A stretch of DNA of 64,000 bases from an uncultured Ignavibacteriota bacterium (GCA_903884005.1 CAISDA010000006.1:145644-209643); one strand, 5' to 3'. Counted from the stretch's first letter, positions 39,324-50,393 are shown. Notes: generated by a model not told the origin, from the sequence alone. Made by a program: numbers and translations.

Positions 39324-40515
39324 GCTTCCATTTTTCCATTGCGGTGCGGTACGCATCTTCAAGTGAACCCGCGATCGTTTCCCAGGAATAGAGTGAACGG
39401 ACCATCGAGGCCGCATTGCTCCCCAGACGCTGCTGAAGCTGCGGGTCGTTCAGCGTGCGGACCACCGCCTCGGCAAATTCACGTGGTGTATCGGCAAGCA
39501 GTATGTTCATATCATGCTCGACCGGCAGCCCCTCGGCCGCCTGCGATGTGGCAACGATCGCAATGCCCATGGCCATAGGCTCGAGGATCTTGTTGAGCGT
39601 GCCGGAGCCGAAGCGGATCGGCGCAATTGACACCGCGCTCTTCAGGTACTCGACGGTGATGTCCGGCACGAACCCCGTCACCGTTATATTGCCCCCTGCA
39701 AGTTCCTGCACGCTGGAGGGCGGATTCTGTCCGACGATGAACAATTCGGCCTCGGGATGCAGGCGAACGATCGCGGGAAATATTTCTTTCACAAAATACA
39801 GAATGCCGTCGGCATTCGGATAGTACGACATGTTCCCCGTATAGATGATCCTGTTTGGTTCGGGCGTGCGGCACGGATCGTAGGGAAATGATTCCAGGTC
39901 GATCCCGTTGTACAGAAGTCCGACATCGGCGCCGGGCGCATGCTCTTCGAGCACTTTTCTGTCCACGTTGGAACAGACGAGCGATTGTTCAAACTGCGTC
40001 AGCACGCCTTCGTAGTGCGACAGGCGCTTGAATTCTTCCGTCAGGAAAAGTTTTTTAATCGGACTCTTCGTCACGGCAAGGAACCGCTTCAGATACAACG
40101 ATCCCGCATCCGTCAGATCGAGCACACGCGGATGCGTGTGTATGTCCAGTCCGTACTGCGCCATCCGTATCAAATGCACGTGCACGACATCGATCGGCGA
40201 GGATGCCAGCGTTTCTTCGATCAGGCGCTGCATGCGTGTCGACCGGAAGTATGCGATCTGGAACGGATCGGATGAAACAACCGACGACGCACACTGCACG
40301 ACCGACTGGGCCGGTGTGAGCAGCACCGTCTGCACATCGACGCAGTGTTCCCGCAGAGGCTCAATGAACGCCTCCTCGTCCTTCGACGCAATGAATGACC
40401 GAAGCGTGACCGAATGACCGCGCCGCGCAAGCTGGCGGATAAGGTGAAAGATCTTCAACTTATCGCCGCGATACGGCGGATACGGAAAACGCGATGTGAG
40501 AAAAAGAATATTCAT
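39313..40515 (-). CDS. GT4 glycosyltransferase
   Basis: RFPYPP, GNMSYYPNAD, GSGTLNKILE. Confidence 0.9.
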   Translation of the reverse strand: MNILFLTSRFPYPPYRGDKLKIFHLIRQLARRGHSVTLRSFIASKDEEAFIEPLREHCVDVQTVLLTPAQSVVQCASSVVSSDPFQIAYFRSTRMQRLIEETLASSPIDVVHVHLIRMAQYGLDIHTHPRVLDLTDAGSLYLKRFLAVTKSPIKKLFLTEEFKRLSHYEGVLTQFEQSLVCSNVDRKVLEEHAPGADVGLLYNGIDLESFPYDPCRTPEPNRIIYTGNMSYYPNADGILYFVKEIFPAIVRLHPEAELFIVGQNPPSSVQELAGGNITVTGFVPDITVEYLKSAVSIAPIRFGSGTLNKILEPMAMGIAIVATSQAAEGLPVEHDMNILLADTPREFAEAVVRTLNDPQLQQRLGSNAASMVRSLYSWETIAGSLEDAYRTAMEKWKHGQ

Positions 40516-40531
40516 TGGTGATGTCAATTGT

Positions 40532-41731
40532 TCACTGTCTGGGCCGCAGGCGATCGATGATCGGGCTGTACGCCTGTTCGAACTTTTCGGCAACCGACTC
40601 CCAGCTGTATTCCGATTGCACCGTCTTGCGCGCGGCAGCGCCGATCGTGCGGCGCAAATCGGCCGATTTCAATAACGCGATGATCTTTTCGGCGAATGCT
40701 GCCGGATCGTCGGAGATAAAGATGTTCTCCCCGTCGGTGACGTGTATGCCTTCTGCGCCGATCGATGTTGCGACAACCGGTTTCCCGTAGGCCATCATTT
40801 CCAATATCTTGATCCGCATGCCGCTGCCGGTAAATAGGGGCACAATGCACACTGCCGTTTTAGCGTAGCAGGGAGCGACATCGTCGACATATCCGGCGAT
40901 CTCAACACGCGGATCACGCAATGCATCCAGTTCCGGCGCTTTCCCCTTGCCCGTAACGAGAACGCGGACACCCGGTATCTGCTGCACCACGATCGGCAGC
41001 ACGTTTGTGTAAAACCACATGAAGCCGTCGATGTTCGGCTTCCAGCTCAGCGACGACAGGAAAAATATCGTTGCACTTTCGGCTGGTGCCTCCGGCGCGA
41101 GCCGGGGGATCTCCACTCCCGCGGGGATCGTCATCGACCGCACCGCGCCGCTCAAGGCGAGAAGCCGTTCTTCGTCCTTGCGGGTGATCATCGTGCACAG
41201 GTCGAACCGGCTGCACATGAGCGGTTCGTACCGCTTCATTCTCACATATTCGCTTCGTATGAATATACGAAGAATTTTATTCTTTTCGCTCTGCGCGAAT
41301 CGTTCGAGCATGGTGGTTTCGAAATCATGCTGGCGCAGCATGATGGGAATGCCGAATTTTTTCCGGAGCCTGAGCGCATACGGGGCCATCATCAGATAAT
41401 CTGCATGGACACAATCGAACCCTCCGGTGCTCGCGAGCGACTCCACTGCTGCCCACATCCCCGCTGTCTGATACTTTTCGATGATGTAGGGAGTTCCGCT
41501 GGCGTACGAATGCAGAATTTTCATGACCGAATGGCCCGTCGATTCATGCACAAGATGCACGGAACAATACCGTTTCAACTCATCGGATGCGGCGTCTCCC
41601 GGTTTCGCAAACGATACCAGCGTGATCTCGTGGCCCCGCAACGCCAGATATTTCGTGATATTGTACATGCTGATGGCTCCCCCGTCGTGGGGAGGATCGT
41701 AGAACCTGGGTGTCAGTTGTAATATTTTCAC
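40532..41731 (-). CDS. GT4 glycosyltransferase
   Basis: PPHDGG, WKPNIDG, GSGMRIKILE, GKPVVAT. The GTG start overlaps the upstream stop. Confidence 0.9.
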   Translation of the reverse strand: MKILQLTPRFYDPPHDGGAISMYNITKYLALRGHEITLVSFAKPGDAASDELKRYCSVHLVHESTGHSVMKILHSYASGTPYIIEKYQTAGMWAAVESLASTGGFDCVHADYLMMAPYALRLRKKFGIPIMLRQHDFETTMLERFAQSEKNKILRIFIRSEYVRMKRYEPLMCSRFDLCTMITRKDEERLLALSGAVRSMTIPAGVEIPRLAPEAPAESATIFFLSSLSWKPNIDGFMWFYTNVLPIVVQQIPGVRVLVTGKGKAPELDALRDPRVEIAGYVDDVAPCYAKTAVCIVPLFTGSGMRIKILEMMAYGKPVVATSIGAEGIHVTDGENIFISDDPAAFAEKIIALLKSADLRRTIGAAARKTVQSEYSWESVAEKFEQAYSPIIDRLRPRQ

Positions 41732-42855
41732 GCGCGTATAAAAAGAATGTCGATCAATTTCCGGATAGTCGCCTCGTCGCTGAAATTTTCTTCGAACCAT
41801 GCTCCGGCGTTCGTCCCGATCGAGTTCCGTTTCCCCTCGGGAAGCACAAAATAATTTTTGATGCCGTCGATGATGCTGCGCGCCGATCCATCGGCAAGGT
41901 AGAGCACATTGACCCCGTCGCGCAGCCCCTGCAGCGCAATGGCGGGTTTCGTTGTCAGCGCGGCTTTTCCGATCATCGCCGTGGCCATAAAACTCGACCT
42001 CCGCTCGCTCACTCCATCCGCATACGGAAGGACGAAGAGGTCCGCCGTGCGCAGCAAACGGAATAACTCATTGCCTTCGACAAATCCATGCATCTCGACA
42101 CCCGGCAGACGCCCGATCCGTGCCGCCATCGCGCGATCATCGGCGGACGGCGTCGTATCCAAGCCGCCTACCAGATGGAGCGTGGAGCGTTCGAGCAGCG
42201 ACGGATCGGTTTCGAACGCTTCCAGGAGATGCTCGATCCCTTTTCCGTACCGGATCAGGCCGAAGAAAAAAATATTTCTTTTGCCGCTCGTCCCGCCTCG
42301 TGACACTGAGTCGTCGTCCTCATACGCAGCTCGGGCGGCGTCGGGCAGCACGATGGTCGCACCGGCCGAGAGCAGCACGATCTGTTTCCACGGAAACACC
42401 TTCCTGATTCCCACAAGATTCGGCGTATCGGCGGCGATCACGCCGTGAACAAAGACAGTCATCAGTATCGTGCGCACTTTACCGAGAAACGAATAATCGG
42501 CATACTCGTGCAGATACAATGTTGTCCGGATCCCGGCCACCCTCAGCAGCAAAGGGATGAGCACCAGCGATATGCTCCGTCCAAACCTCGCCGAAGGATA
42601 GTGAAAAAGAACGCTGGTGACCCCTCTCTGTTTCAGCGTGCGCAGCAGCGGAACGATCGCCGCCACATTCCACTTCGGCACGACAGGGTAGATGTTCTCT
42701 TCGCCACGCTGGTCACTCGAGGTGACGATGATCGAGTCGATCCCGCGGTGCAGCAGCATATGGTGAAATTTTTGAGCTGCGTCTCCGACTCCGTCCTTCG
42801 AGGGCGGAACATGCGATGATACCTGGCACAGTGTGCGCGCGGATCGTGTCGTCAT
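41728..42855 (-). CDS. GT4-like glycosyltransferase
   Basis: DGVGD, LHEY, FFGLIRYGKGIE, ADLFVLPY. Confidence 0.85.
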   Translation of the reverse strand: MTTRSARTLCQVSSHVPPSKDGVGDAAQKFHHMLLHRGIDSIIVTSSDQRGEENIYPVVPKWNVAAIVPLLRTLKQRGVTSVLFHYPSARFGRSISLVLIPLLLRVAGIRTTLYLHEYADYSFLGKVRTILMTVFVHGVIAADTPNLVGIRKVFPWKQIVLLSAGATIVLPDAARAAYEDDDSVSRGGTSGKRNIFFFGLIRYGKGIEHLLEAFETDPSLLERSTLHLVGGLDTTPSADDRAMAARIGRLPGVEMHGFVEGNELFRLLRTADLFVLPYADGVSERRSSFMATAMIGKAALTTKPAIALQGLRDGVNVLYLADGSARSIIDGIKNYFVLPEGKRNSIGTNAGAWFEENFSDEATIRKLIDILFIRA

Positions 42856-42858
42856 CGG

Positions 42859-43746
42859 CTAGATCCCGAATTCTGCAACAACGAGGCGCAATGCCGCCGC
42901 GTTGATGCGGGCGCTTCTCCATTTTCCCGCAAGCACCAGGACGATGGATTTTTCGAGGAGTGAAAGATATATAATGTACCGCGCACAGCCTGCCTCAATG
43001 GTGGTATGATAGTGCTTCCAAAATAGTATTTTGCTTCGATTATAGTGATGCACGGCATACATCGACGCCTGTGCCGAACTTACTTCTCCGTAGTGCACGA
43101 TGCGCGCATCGGGAAAATACACCGACGGAAGTCCGCGGTGCGTCAGCCGGCAGCAGAGGCCGACTTCTTCAGAATACATGACGATATCCGGGTCGAAGAG
43201 TCCGTGCATCTCTACGACGGCACGCCGCACTGCAAGGCAGGCGCCTTTCACGACATCGCACTGCTGCGGGCCCTTCGCCTCGTCTGCATACACATACGGG
43301 TTCGATCCGAACAACAAATGCTCCTGTGCCAGCGTCCGGAGCGTCGGGAAGCGGTAATGATCCGTTTGATACGTGCCGTCGCCGTTCAAGAGCATGGGCC
43401 CGGCTGCGCCGATCTCATGATGCGCCGCGAGATAATCGCAGAGCAATTCCAGGCTCGCATCGATCAGCAGCGTATCGGGATTGATGAGCACAATGATGTC
43501 ATTGTTCGCTTCGCGCACCAGCAAATTGTTGGCCGCAACAAAACCGATATTTCCTTCGGGTATCACAAGCCTGCACTGCTCATCAGTAATGCCGCCGAGC
43601 TGTAGGCGTTCATCCATATCGGCGGAATTGTCGCAGATGAGAATCTCATACCGATACTTTTTGATGAAGGTGCGAATTGTCCCGACCAGCGTGACGACGA
43701 GCGGGGCGGTGTGATAATTGACGATGAGAAACGATATCGAGTTCAT
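42859..43746 (-). CDS. GT2 glycosyltransferase
   Basis: LIVNY, DNS, NIGFVAANN, INPD, GACL, MYSEE. Confidence 0.9.
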   Translation of the reverse strand: MNSISFLIVNYHTAPLVVTLVGTIRTFIKKYRYEILICDNSADMDERLQLGGITDEQCRLVIPEGNIGFVAANNLLVREANNDIIVLINPDTLLIDASLELLCDYLAAHHEIGAAGPMLLNGDGTYQTDHYRFPTLRTLAQEHLLFGSNPYVYADEAKGPQQCDVVKGACLAVRRAVVEMHGLFDPDIVMYSEEVGLCCRLTHRGLPSVYFPDARIVHYGEVSSAQASMYAVHHYNRSKILFWKHYHTTIEAGCARYIIYLSLLEKSIVLVLAGKWRSARINAAALRLVVAEFGI

Positions 43747-43752
43747 GTGCTC

Positions 43753-45030
43753 TTATCCCCTGCGCAGGTACGTACCGCGAATGGGAAGAATCTGATGGAA
43801 AAAATAGAACTGAAATGCGAAGGCGACCATTTCCGTGGCGATCTTCACGGACGATGCCCCCACCTGCCCGAATTCCTTCGCAACGAGTGCGTTCATGCCG
43901 ATATTGAACACGGCGCCGAGCGTGATCGCCGCCGTCACGATCTTCTCTTTCCCCATTGCGATCAACGCATTGCCGATAAGAATATTGACGTAGTAAAAAG
44001 GCATGACCCACGACAGCAAACGGAATGAATCCGCCGCATGAGCGTATGGTGTGCCATAGAGCAGCACAATGATCTGTCCGGCGAACACCGAGCACACAAG
44101 CGCAAAGGTGGATCCGATGGTCATGAGAATGAAAAATGTCCGCCGGTACTGCCTGATGAATTCGCCGCGATTTCCCTCGAAGGTTCTGGAGAGGATCGGG
44201 AAGACCGATGCAACGATCGCCGAGGGGATGAACAACTGCGCGTCGCTGATCCGGAATGCGGCGTTATACCATCCCACTTCCGAGACCGGACGATAGTACA
44301 CGAGAAAGAATGTATCGATGCGCATATAGAGCGCCGCAACCAATGCCGCGAACGCGAACGGGAGCGCTTCCCTGATCAGCTCGAGAGCCCTCGCCCGTTC
44401 GATCGAAAAAACGATGCGTTCCCCTTCGTTCCTCCAAAACCGGAAACTGACGATCATGGACACAATGTTGCTCGCGATGTACGCGACACCGACGCCGAAC
44501 AGGCCGAATCCGCATGCGAGGGCGGTGATGGACACCATGCAGAGAACGCTCTTTTCCCAGAGCAGAATGAACGAAATATTGCTCATCTTCTCGCGCCCCT
44601 CGAACCCGCGCATGAGCGACACGTTCATCATTTCGAGCACCATGCTGATGCCGAACACGCAGAAGACCGCCGGTATCGGGAACGTGAAGTACGTCGACAC
44701 GATCAATGCGCTGAACGCCACGACGCCGAGGATGCTTTTAAGCACGACTACTTCACCGAGCAGACGGCCCGCCGGCACGGTGCGATGGGCGATGCGGCGA
44801 ATGAGCGGCACCGTGAATCCGAATTCCTCGAAGATGCCGAAGAAGGCAACAAGCATGAGAATCGTGGAGAACGTGCCGAAGAGCACGTCTCCGAGCATGC
44901 GCGCGACGTAGATCAGGAGCACGGATGTGGCAATTTTAGTGCCAATGCGCGCAGCGATGAGGATCATGCTGTTTCGAAACACGGTATCGGTCGTGAGTTT
45001 GCCGATCCATCGGCGGCCTTCTTGGATCAC
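43753..45030 (-). CDS. Oligosaccharide flippase (Wzx family) #2
   Basis: YVARMLG, YMRIDT, VGWYNAAFR, FPILS. A GTG start overlapping the upstream TGA was chosen. Confidence 0.9.
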   Translation of the reverse strand: MIQEGRRWIGKLTTDTVFRNSMILIAARIGTKIATSVLLIYVARMLGDVLFGTFSTILMLVAFFGIFEEFGFTVPLIRRIAHRTVPAGRLLGEVVVLKSILGVVAFSALIVSTYFTFPIPAVFCVFGISMVLEMMNVSLMRGFEGREKMSNISFILLWEKSVLCMVSITALACGFGLFGVGVAYIASNIVSMIVSFRFWRNEGERIVFSIERARALELIREALPFAFAALVAALYMRIDTFFLVYYRPVSEVGWYNAAFRISDAQLFIPSAIVASVFPILSRTFEGNRGEFIRQYRRTFFILMTIGSTFALVCSVFAGQIIVLLYGTPYAHAADSFRLLSWVMPFYYVNILIGNALIAMGKEKIVTAAITLGAVFNIGMNALVAKEFGQVGASSVKIATEMVAFAFQFYFFHQILPIRGTYLRRG

Positions 45031-46445
45031 CGCGCGCCATCCTTTCGCGTCCACGACTGCATGACGCCGATGGCGCCGAGCAGGCATCCGACATACAATG
45101 CCAGGGCAAGGTCGTTAAGGTGCCATGTGGTCAGCGATTTGAACATGATCACGACAAGCATCGTGCCGAACGCCAGGGCGAGTCCGAGATCTTCGCTCTC
45201 TTTCATGCGCGAGAGCAGCCGGACCCACACCGTCAGAGCGGTGCCGAAAACAGAAAGGAATAATGTGAGCCCGACGATGCCCATCTTCGACAGGACATAC
45301 AAATAGCTGTTGTGGATGAACGTATGCTCCACATTGCCGAGGCCGATCGCAAAAAATTTATAGATGTATCCCAGTCCGATGCCGGTCCACGGATGTGCGG
45401 CAAAGAGGTCGTACGCCAGCTTCCATTCGGTGAAGCGGATCAATGTGGATGTGTCCAGTTTTTTGGATGACAGGATCGTGAAACGCACAAAGAACAGATT
45501 CAGAGAGATCAGATCGAACAGGAACAGCACGAACACGACGATGCCGACGGCAATCGAGGCTAGCGCGATCGCCTTGAAATATTTCCTGCTGTTGGGCACA
45601 TGCGCGTAGAGCAGCACCACGAGTATCGCTCCGCCGATCGCCGCCGCCAGCCACGATCCGCGTGTGAGGCTTAAAAAAAGCGCGACCATGGACAGCACGT
45701 TGCACACAAGGAGGGTCACTCGCTTCTCTATCGACCGGGCAAAGGGAAGCATCGCCGCGCTTGCGACAAAGAGCATGGGATATGTCCCCTCGTGCGCGCC
45801 GGTGATGCGCTCGAAGAACACGGCCTTCCCTGTGTCGGCGTCGTAGCCCGTCGACGAAAGCGAATACCCGATCGCCATGACCATGCCGATGATGCCGCAG
45901 ACGATCGTCGCCCAGAACAGCACATGAAGGTCTTTTCGTGAGCGGACGAGACCGAGCACAAGAAAGAAGCTGCAGTAGTACGCGAACAGCCGCATGTCGG
46001 CGAGCGCATTTTTTATGGTGATCCCATGCATGATACCGACACCGACAAAGAACGGAAGCGAACAGAGGAAGAGCACGATCGGCAGTTTCAACGACGTGGA
46101 CGTCTCGGCGTAACGGGCGCCAAGGCTAATGTTTGTAACCCATGCGCAGGCGGCGAACAGCAGCACGAAATCCATCGCATACAGATTCAGGCCAAGCGCC
46201 GGAACGACAAAGAGCTTGCCGATGATATCGGCGTCGAGGGCGAACGTGACAAACGCCGCGGCAATGAACACAGCGCGGTAATCGACAATGATCGCGGCGA
46301 AAAACAACATCGCAACGATCCCGCCAAGCAATAATGCCGGATTGTTCAGCGTCCAGGCGGCGACCGCAAGCAATGCCTGCAGGAGCACACCGAGCGCGAA
46401 CAACATCGTCCGTCGAGACACTTTCCCCGCCGCTGCCATGGTCAT
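45027..46445 (-). CDS. O-antigen polymerase/ligase family protein (Wzy_C/WaaL)
   Basis: SLTRGSW, HPWTGIGLG, HNSYL, MGIVG. Multi-TM. Confidence 0.9.
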   Translation of the reverse strand: MTMAAAGKVSRRTMLFALGVLLQALLAVAAWTLNNPALLLGGIVAMLFFAAIIVDYRAVFIAAAFVTFALDADIIGKLFVVPALGLNLYAMDFVLLFAACAWVTNISLGARYAETSTSLKLPIVLFLCSLPFFVGVGIMHGITIKNALADMRLFAYYCSFFLVLGLVRSRKDLHVLFWATIVCGIIGMVMAIGYSLSSTGYDADTGKAVFFERITGAHEGTYPMLFVASAAMLPFARSIEKRVTLLVCNVLSMVALFLSLTRGSWLAAAIGGAILVVLLYAHVPNSRKYFKAIALASIAVGIVVFVLFLFDLISLNLFFVRFTILSSKKLDTSTLIRFTEWKLAYDLFAAHPWTGIGLGYIYKFFAIGLGNVEHTFIHNSYLYVLSKMGIVGLTLFLSVFGTALTVWVRLLSRMKESEDLGLALAFGTMLVVIMFKSLTTWHLNDLALALYVGCLLGAIGVMQSWTRKDGAR

Positions 46446-46458
46446 CGCTGTGTGAGGA

Positions 46459-47631
46459 TTATTGGAAATTATTCTTGACCTGAGCATATTTTTCAGGATG
46501 GTTCCTCTTCAGCACATCCACATACGCCATGGCAAAGACGAACAGCAAACTCAGGGCAAGGCTCGCGCCGAATGCCGTTACGATGATCGTGAGGCGTTTC
46601 GGTTTCACCTTCTTCTCCGCTTTCACCGCCTTATCGAGCACAAGGATCACGGGGATGTCTTTTTGTTCGTCGATCTTTGCCTGCTCATACAACGGATAAA
46701 TATATTCAAGGACCTTCTGCTGTATCGCCACCTGGCGGTACGTGCGCAACGCTCCGATCCCCGCCTGCGGCACATGCGACAATTTTTTGGTGAGTTCGTT
46801 CAGCTCGGCTTTAGCCTGCTGCAGGATCTGGTTGTCCGGCGTAAAATTCCGTTCGAGCATCGACACTTCAATTTCACGTTTCATTTTCAGGGCATACAAT
46901 TCTCCGATGCCGGAAGTGCCTCCCGTGCCCGACTGGTCGGGACTCATCATGAGCGGGCTTGTTTCCTGGAATAGTTTCAGCGAATCTTCCGCCTCGCGCA
47001 GTTCGCGCCTAATGTCGCCGACGCGCTGTTCGATGAACTCCCGGTTGTTCCGCGCTTCCTGCGTGCCGAGACGGACACTGATCGTGTTCAAGAGCTCGAC
47101 AAAATGATTCGCAATATCGGCAGCCCGCTGCGGGTCCGTGTCCAGCACATCGACCGTGATGTTGTCGTCATCCTGCACTTCGAAATTGGTGTTTGCCGTC
47201 AGTTCTTTGATCGCCAGTTCCATCGACTTATCCGGGACATCATAGACGTTGATGAGATCGTATTTTGTGATGACGTCTTCCATGGCCGTTCGGCTTCGGA
47301 AAATAGCGAGATAATTATACGCTCCCTTGCTCTGCGATGCGAGGCCTCCGAGTTTCGAGACGCCTCCGCTCAGGCTTTTCAGCGCAGAGGTCGCCGAACC
47401 CATGAGGGATGTTCCCGACGCGTCTTTCGGAGGCATGATAGAGGCCGTCGCACGGTACCACTTCGGCAGTATCATGCTGATCCCTGCGGCCAGCAGCGTC
47501 ACAACAACAACATTGATGAGGATCATCTTCTTCCATTTCGCAAGAAGCAGCAGATAGTCCCAGCTGCTCACGTTGTTTTCGGAAGGCGTCGTGGAGAGGT
47601 GTTCTTGATCGTTCATCGTCGGGTCATTCAT
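46459..47631 (-). CDS. Polysaccharide co-polymerase / chain-length determinant (Wzz/GumC-like, no kinase domain)
   Basis: Two TM segments flanking a coiled coil, with PKWYRATASI, VLDKAV and KPKR. Confidence 0.88.
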   Translation of the reverse strand: MNDPTMNDQEHLSTTPSENNVSSWDYLLLLAKWKKMILINVVVVTLLAAGISMILPKWYRATASIMPPKDASGTSLMGSATSALKSLSGGVSKLGGLASQSKGAYNYLAIFRSRTAMEDVITKYDLINVYDVPDKSMELAIKELTANTNFEVQDDDNITVDVLDTDPQRAADIANHFVELLNTISVRLGTQEARNNREFIEQRVGDIRRELREAEDSLKLFQETSPLMMSPDQSGTGGTSGIGELYALKMKREIEVSMLERNFTPDNQILQQAKAELNELTKKLSHVPQAGIGALRTYRQVAIQQKVLEYIYPLYEQAKIDEQKDIPVILVLDKAVKAEKKVKPKRLTIIVTAFGASLALSLLFVFAMAYVDVLKRNHPEKYAQVKNNFQ

Positions 47632-47652
47632 AGTCGTGGGAATAAATAATCA

Positions 47653-48708
47653 TTACACAAGGCGCTGCACGGCAGCGGCGATCATCGCGGGAGTGATATG
47701 CCGCATCGAATCGTGCGGGCATACCGGTGTAAAATAGCATCCGCAGGGCACGGGAGGCTCGACGATCTCGCCGAGGCCGTACAGTTCGAATTCGTTCTTA
47801 TTGAAAATATTGTTCATCAGCACAAGTTTCTTGCCCAGGCCGAGCGCGATGTGCATGCCCATCGTCACCTGCGTGACAACGCAATCGGCTTCGTTCATGA
47901 GCGAAATGAATTCACTCAGACTGAAATGGCCGGGATACAGGCCGCCGGCTTTGAGTGCAAGCGACGAATTTTTTTCGTGTTCCTGTTCCCCGCCCAGCCA
48001 GAGTATTTCATGGCCGTGTGTGTGCACGAGGCGCGCAAATTCGATCCAGTGTTCTTCGGGCCAGAGCCGCGACGACCACCGGCCGCCGCATCCGGTGTTG
48101 CACCCGATGATTTTTTTATCGTGTGGGATGTTCCAGCTCCGATGCGCCGGCAGGTCCAGAATGTAGGGCTCCTTGCGATACTCGAAGCCGCATATCTCAA
48201 AGATTTCCTCGGGATAGCTTTTCGTATTCGCTTTGCTCACATCGTCGAAGAGCCCCGTGAGATATTTGGGTTCGGCGCGTTCGTCGAATACCCTGCACCT
48301 GCCGTAGCGGTCCATTCCGAAACCGAATTTTTTAGCCGCGGCGACCTGCTCTGCAACGGCGATCGCCTCTTTGTCCTTGTCCAGCGAATACAGAATATCG
48401 AACTCGCAATTGAGCAGCCAGACCAGATCTTTGGGCGAATATTTCACGACCTCATCCACGGCCGCACGCGGCACCAGGTCCGGAAAATCCGTCAGCCAGG
48501 TGATATGGGCGTCGGGCATACGCTCTTTAATGCGCGTCAGCAGCGGGGTCGTGCGTATCACATCGCCCGCGGCGCCGAGTTTGATGATCAGCACACGTTC
48601 ATTGATCGGACGATAATCGGGACATCCGTCGCAATGCACGCCGCGTTCCTTGTGCGGCTTGCACGGAACATATCCCTTAAGATATCTGCAGTCGTTGTGT
48701 ATGATCAT
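47653..48708 (-). CDS. GT9 (heptosyltransferase-like) glycosyltransferase with Cys-rich termini
   Basis: IIKLGAAGDVIRTTPLL, RLWPEEHW, MHIALGLGK. Confidence 0.88.
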   Translation of the reverse strand: MIIHNDCRYLKGYVPCKPHKERGVHCDGCPDYRPINERVLIIKLGAAGDVIRTTPLLTRIKERMPDAHITWLTDFPDLVPRAAVDEVVKYSPKDLVWLLNCEFDILYSLDKDKEAIAVAEQVAAAKKFGFGMDRYGRCRVFDERAEPKYLTGLFDDVSKANTKSYPEEIFEICGFEYRKEPYILDLPAHRSWNIPHDKKIIGCNTGCGGRWSSRLWPEEHWIEFARLVHTHGHEILWLGGEQEHEKNSSLALKAGGLYPGHFSLSEFISLMNEADCVVTQVTMGMHIALGLGKKLVLMNNIFNKNEFELYGLGEIVEPPVPCGCYFTPVCPHDSMRHITPAMIAAAVQRLV

Positions 48709-48716
48709 GGTTCGAA

Positions 48717-50393
48717 TTATTTTGTGATTTGAAACACGAGCAGCACCAATGTTCCTACCGCTCCGAGTATGCTGAAGACCTGGCTGCCCAACTGCAAATA
48801 ATATCCGCTCGGGTGGTAGGGTTCTTTCGGCACCCAGATATAATCGCCCTCCTCCACCGAGGTTTCGGACGGCTTCAGCCACTGCCGTGTATTGGCTTTA
48901 ATGATGCGCAGATCGCCTTCTCTCGCCTCGCTCGTGTATCCGCCCGCCTCGGCAATGTACGTAGTGACGTTCTTATCCGATATGAAGCCGTAGTGCCCCG
49001 GCTTCACGACCTGCCCGAAAATATAGATCGTCTTCACGCGGGAGCCGATCGACACGTTGTCGCCGTTTTTCAGGTACACGTCCTGAGCTGAATTGTTTTT
49101 TGCAAAGAGTGCTTCAAAATCGACAGGCACCTGCTCGCGGTTGATGCGAATATTCGTTTCGAGAAAATAGTACGAACTATCGTCCGGCGTGTACCCGCCC
49201 CGGGCGCTTTCAAGGCGTTCGTCCTGAATATCCTTTTCGTTCACCGTCCTGCGGTACAACCGCGACGTCTTGAGCGATGCAGACAGCGTAAACCCCCTCG
49301 CCTGCGCGATGATTTCTGAAAGGAGCGTCGAATCTTTCGTGATCGGATAGGTGCCCGGTGCATTGACCTCGCCCTCAACAAAGACGCGATTGTTGCGGCG
49401 CAGTTCAAGTTTTTCATGCACCATGATCTGATCGCCCCGTTGAAGATCCATGCCTCCCTCGTTTGTCAACCCTTCAAGCGAGCAGTGGTATACGCCGCCC
49501 TTCGAGCCGTTCGCATTCGACCGCATCACGATCACATTGCCGCTGTCGACCATCGGCGAGAGGCCGCGGGCGATCATGATGGCGGTCATGAGCCTGTCGC
49601 CTGCGCAAAATTCATACACGCCCTCTTTATTGACGGCGCCGGCAATGGAAAAATAATTTTTGTCGATGTCTTTTTTGGGAACGATGATCAGATCGCCGTC
49701 CTGCAGATATCTGTTATAGGATGAATTTTGAAATGCATAATACCGTTCGAGGTCGACCAGTCCCCTCGTTCCATTCGTATGAATGATCTCCACGCGGCGC
49801 TGCGACGCCTCGCGCATCACTTTTTCACGCTCCATCTTGTGCTGATATTCGGCCATTTCGCTTTTTGCGTCTGAGGGCATCGTGTTCGCCAGGAAGATCG
49901 CGGCATCGGCACGGTCCGTGGCCTGAACGATGTATTTCCCCTCGGTCATGACGTTTCCTTTTACCGTCACGGTGAAGGACCGCGGACTCGAGAGCGTAAA
50001 CGTGACCTGCTGCTGCATATATTTTTTTCGGATCTCAGACACGACTGTTTTTTTTGCATCCTCAAGCGTCGCGCCGGCAATGAAAAATTCGCCGACGGTG
50101 GGAATAATGACTGTGCCTTCAGGCGTGACAGCCGTAGTGAGGGCAAGCGGTATGCTCGACCACACACTGACGCTGAACATATCCCCGGGGCCGACAATAT
50201 ATTCGCGGGCGTTCACGGGGCCGTCCAGGATGAACGTACGGCCCGGCGGCTGGGTCTGCACCAGGGATTGGAGCGATGAGGAATTCATGGCCCCTTGTTT
50301 ATCGTTTTTTTCGTTCGTTTGGGAGAATGACGCCGCGGTGATGCACAGCAGCAGTGCCCCCGCCAGGAACGATCGTGTCTTCATGCTTGTCAT
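48717..50393 (-). CDS. Polysaccharide export protein with multiple SLBB domains (Wza-like)
   Basis: Signal peptide, YIVGPGD, repeated G.V..PG.Y / L..GD units, and a C-terminal helix. Confidence 0.9.
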   Translation of the reverse strand: MTSMKTRSFLAGALLLCITAASFSQTNEKNDKQGAMNSSSLQSLVQTQPPGRTFILDGPVNAREYIVGPGDMFSVSVWSSIPLALTTAVTPEGTVIIPTVGEFFIAGATLEDAKKTVVSEIRKKYMQQQVTFTLSSPRSFTVTVKGNVMTEGKYIVQATDRADAAIFLANTMPSDAKSEMAEYQHKMEREKVMREASQRRVEIIHTNGTRGLVDLERYYAFQNSSYNRYLQDGDLIIVPKKDIDKNYFSIAGAVNKEGVYEFCAGDRLMTAIMIARGLSPMVDSGNVIVMRSNANGSKGGVYHCSLEGLTNEGGMDLQRGDQIMVHEKLELRRNNRVFVEGEVNAPGTYPITKDSTLLSEIIAQARGFTLSASLKTSRLYRRTVNEKDIQDERLESARGGYTPDDSSYYFLETNIRINREQVPVDFEALFAKNNSAQDVYLKNGDNVSIGSRVKTIYIFGQVVKPGHYGFISDKNVTTYIAEAGGYTSEAREGDLRIIKANTRQWLKPSETSVEEGDYIWVPKEPYHPSGYYLQLGSQVFSILGAVGTLVLLVFQITK

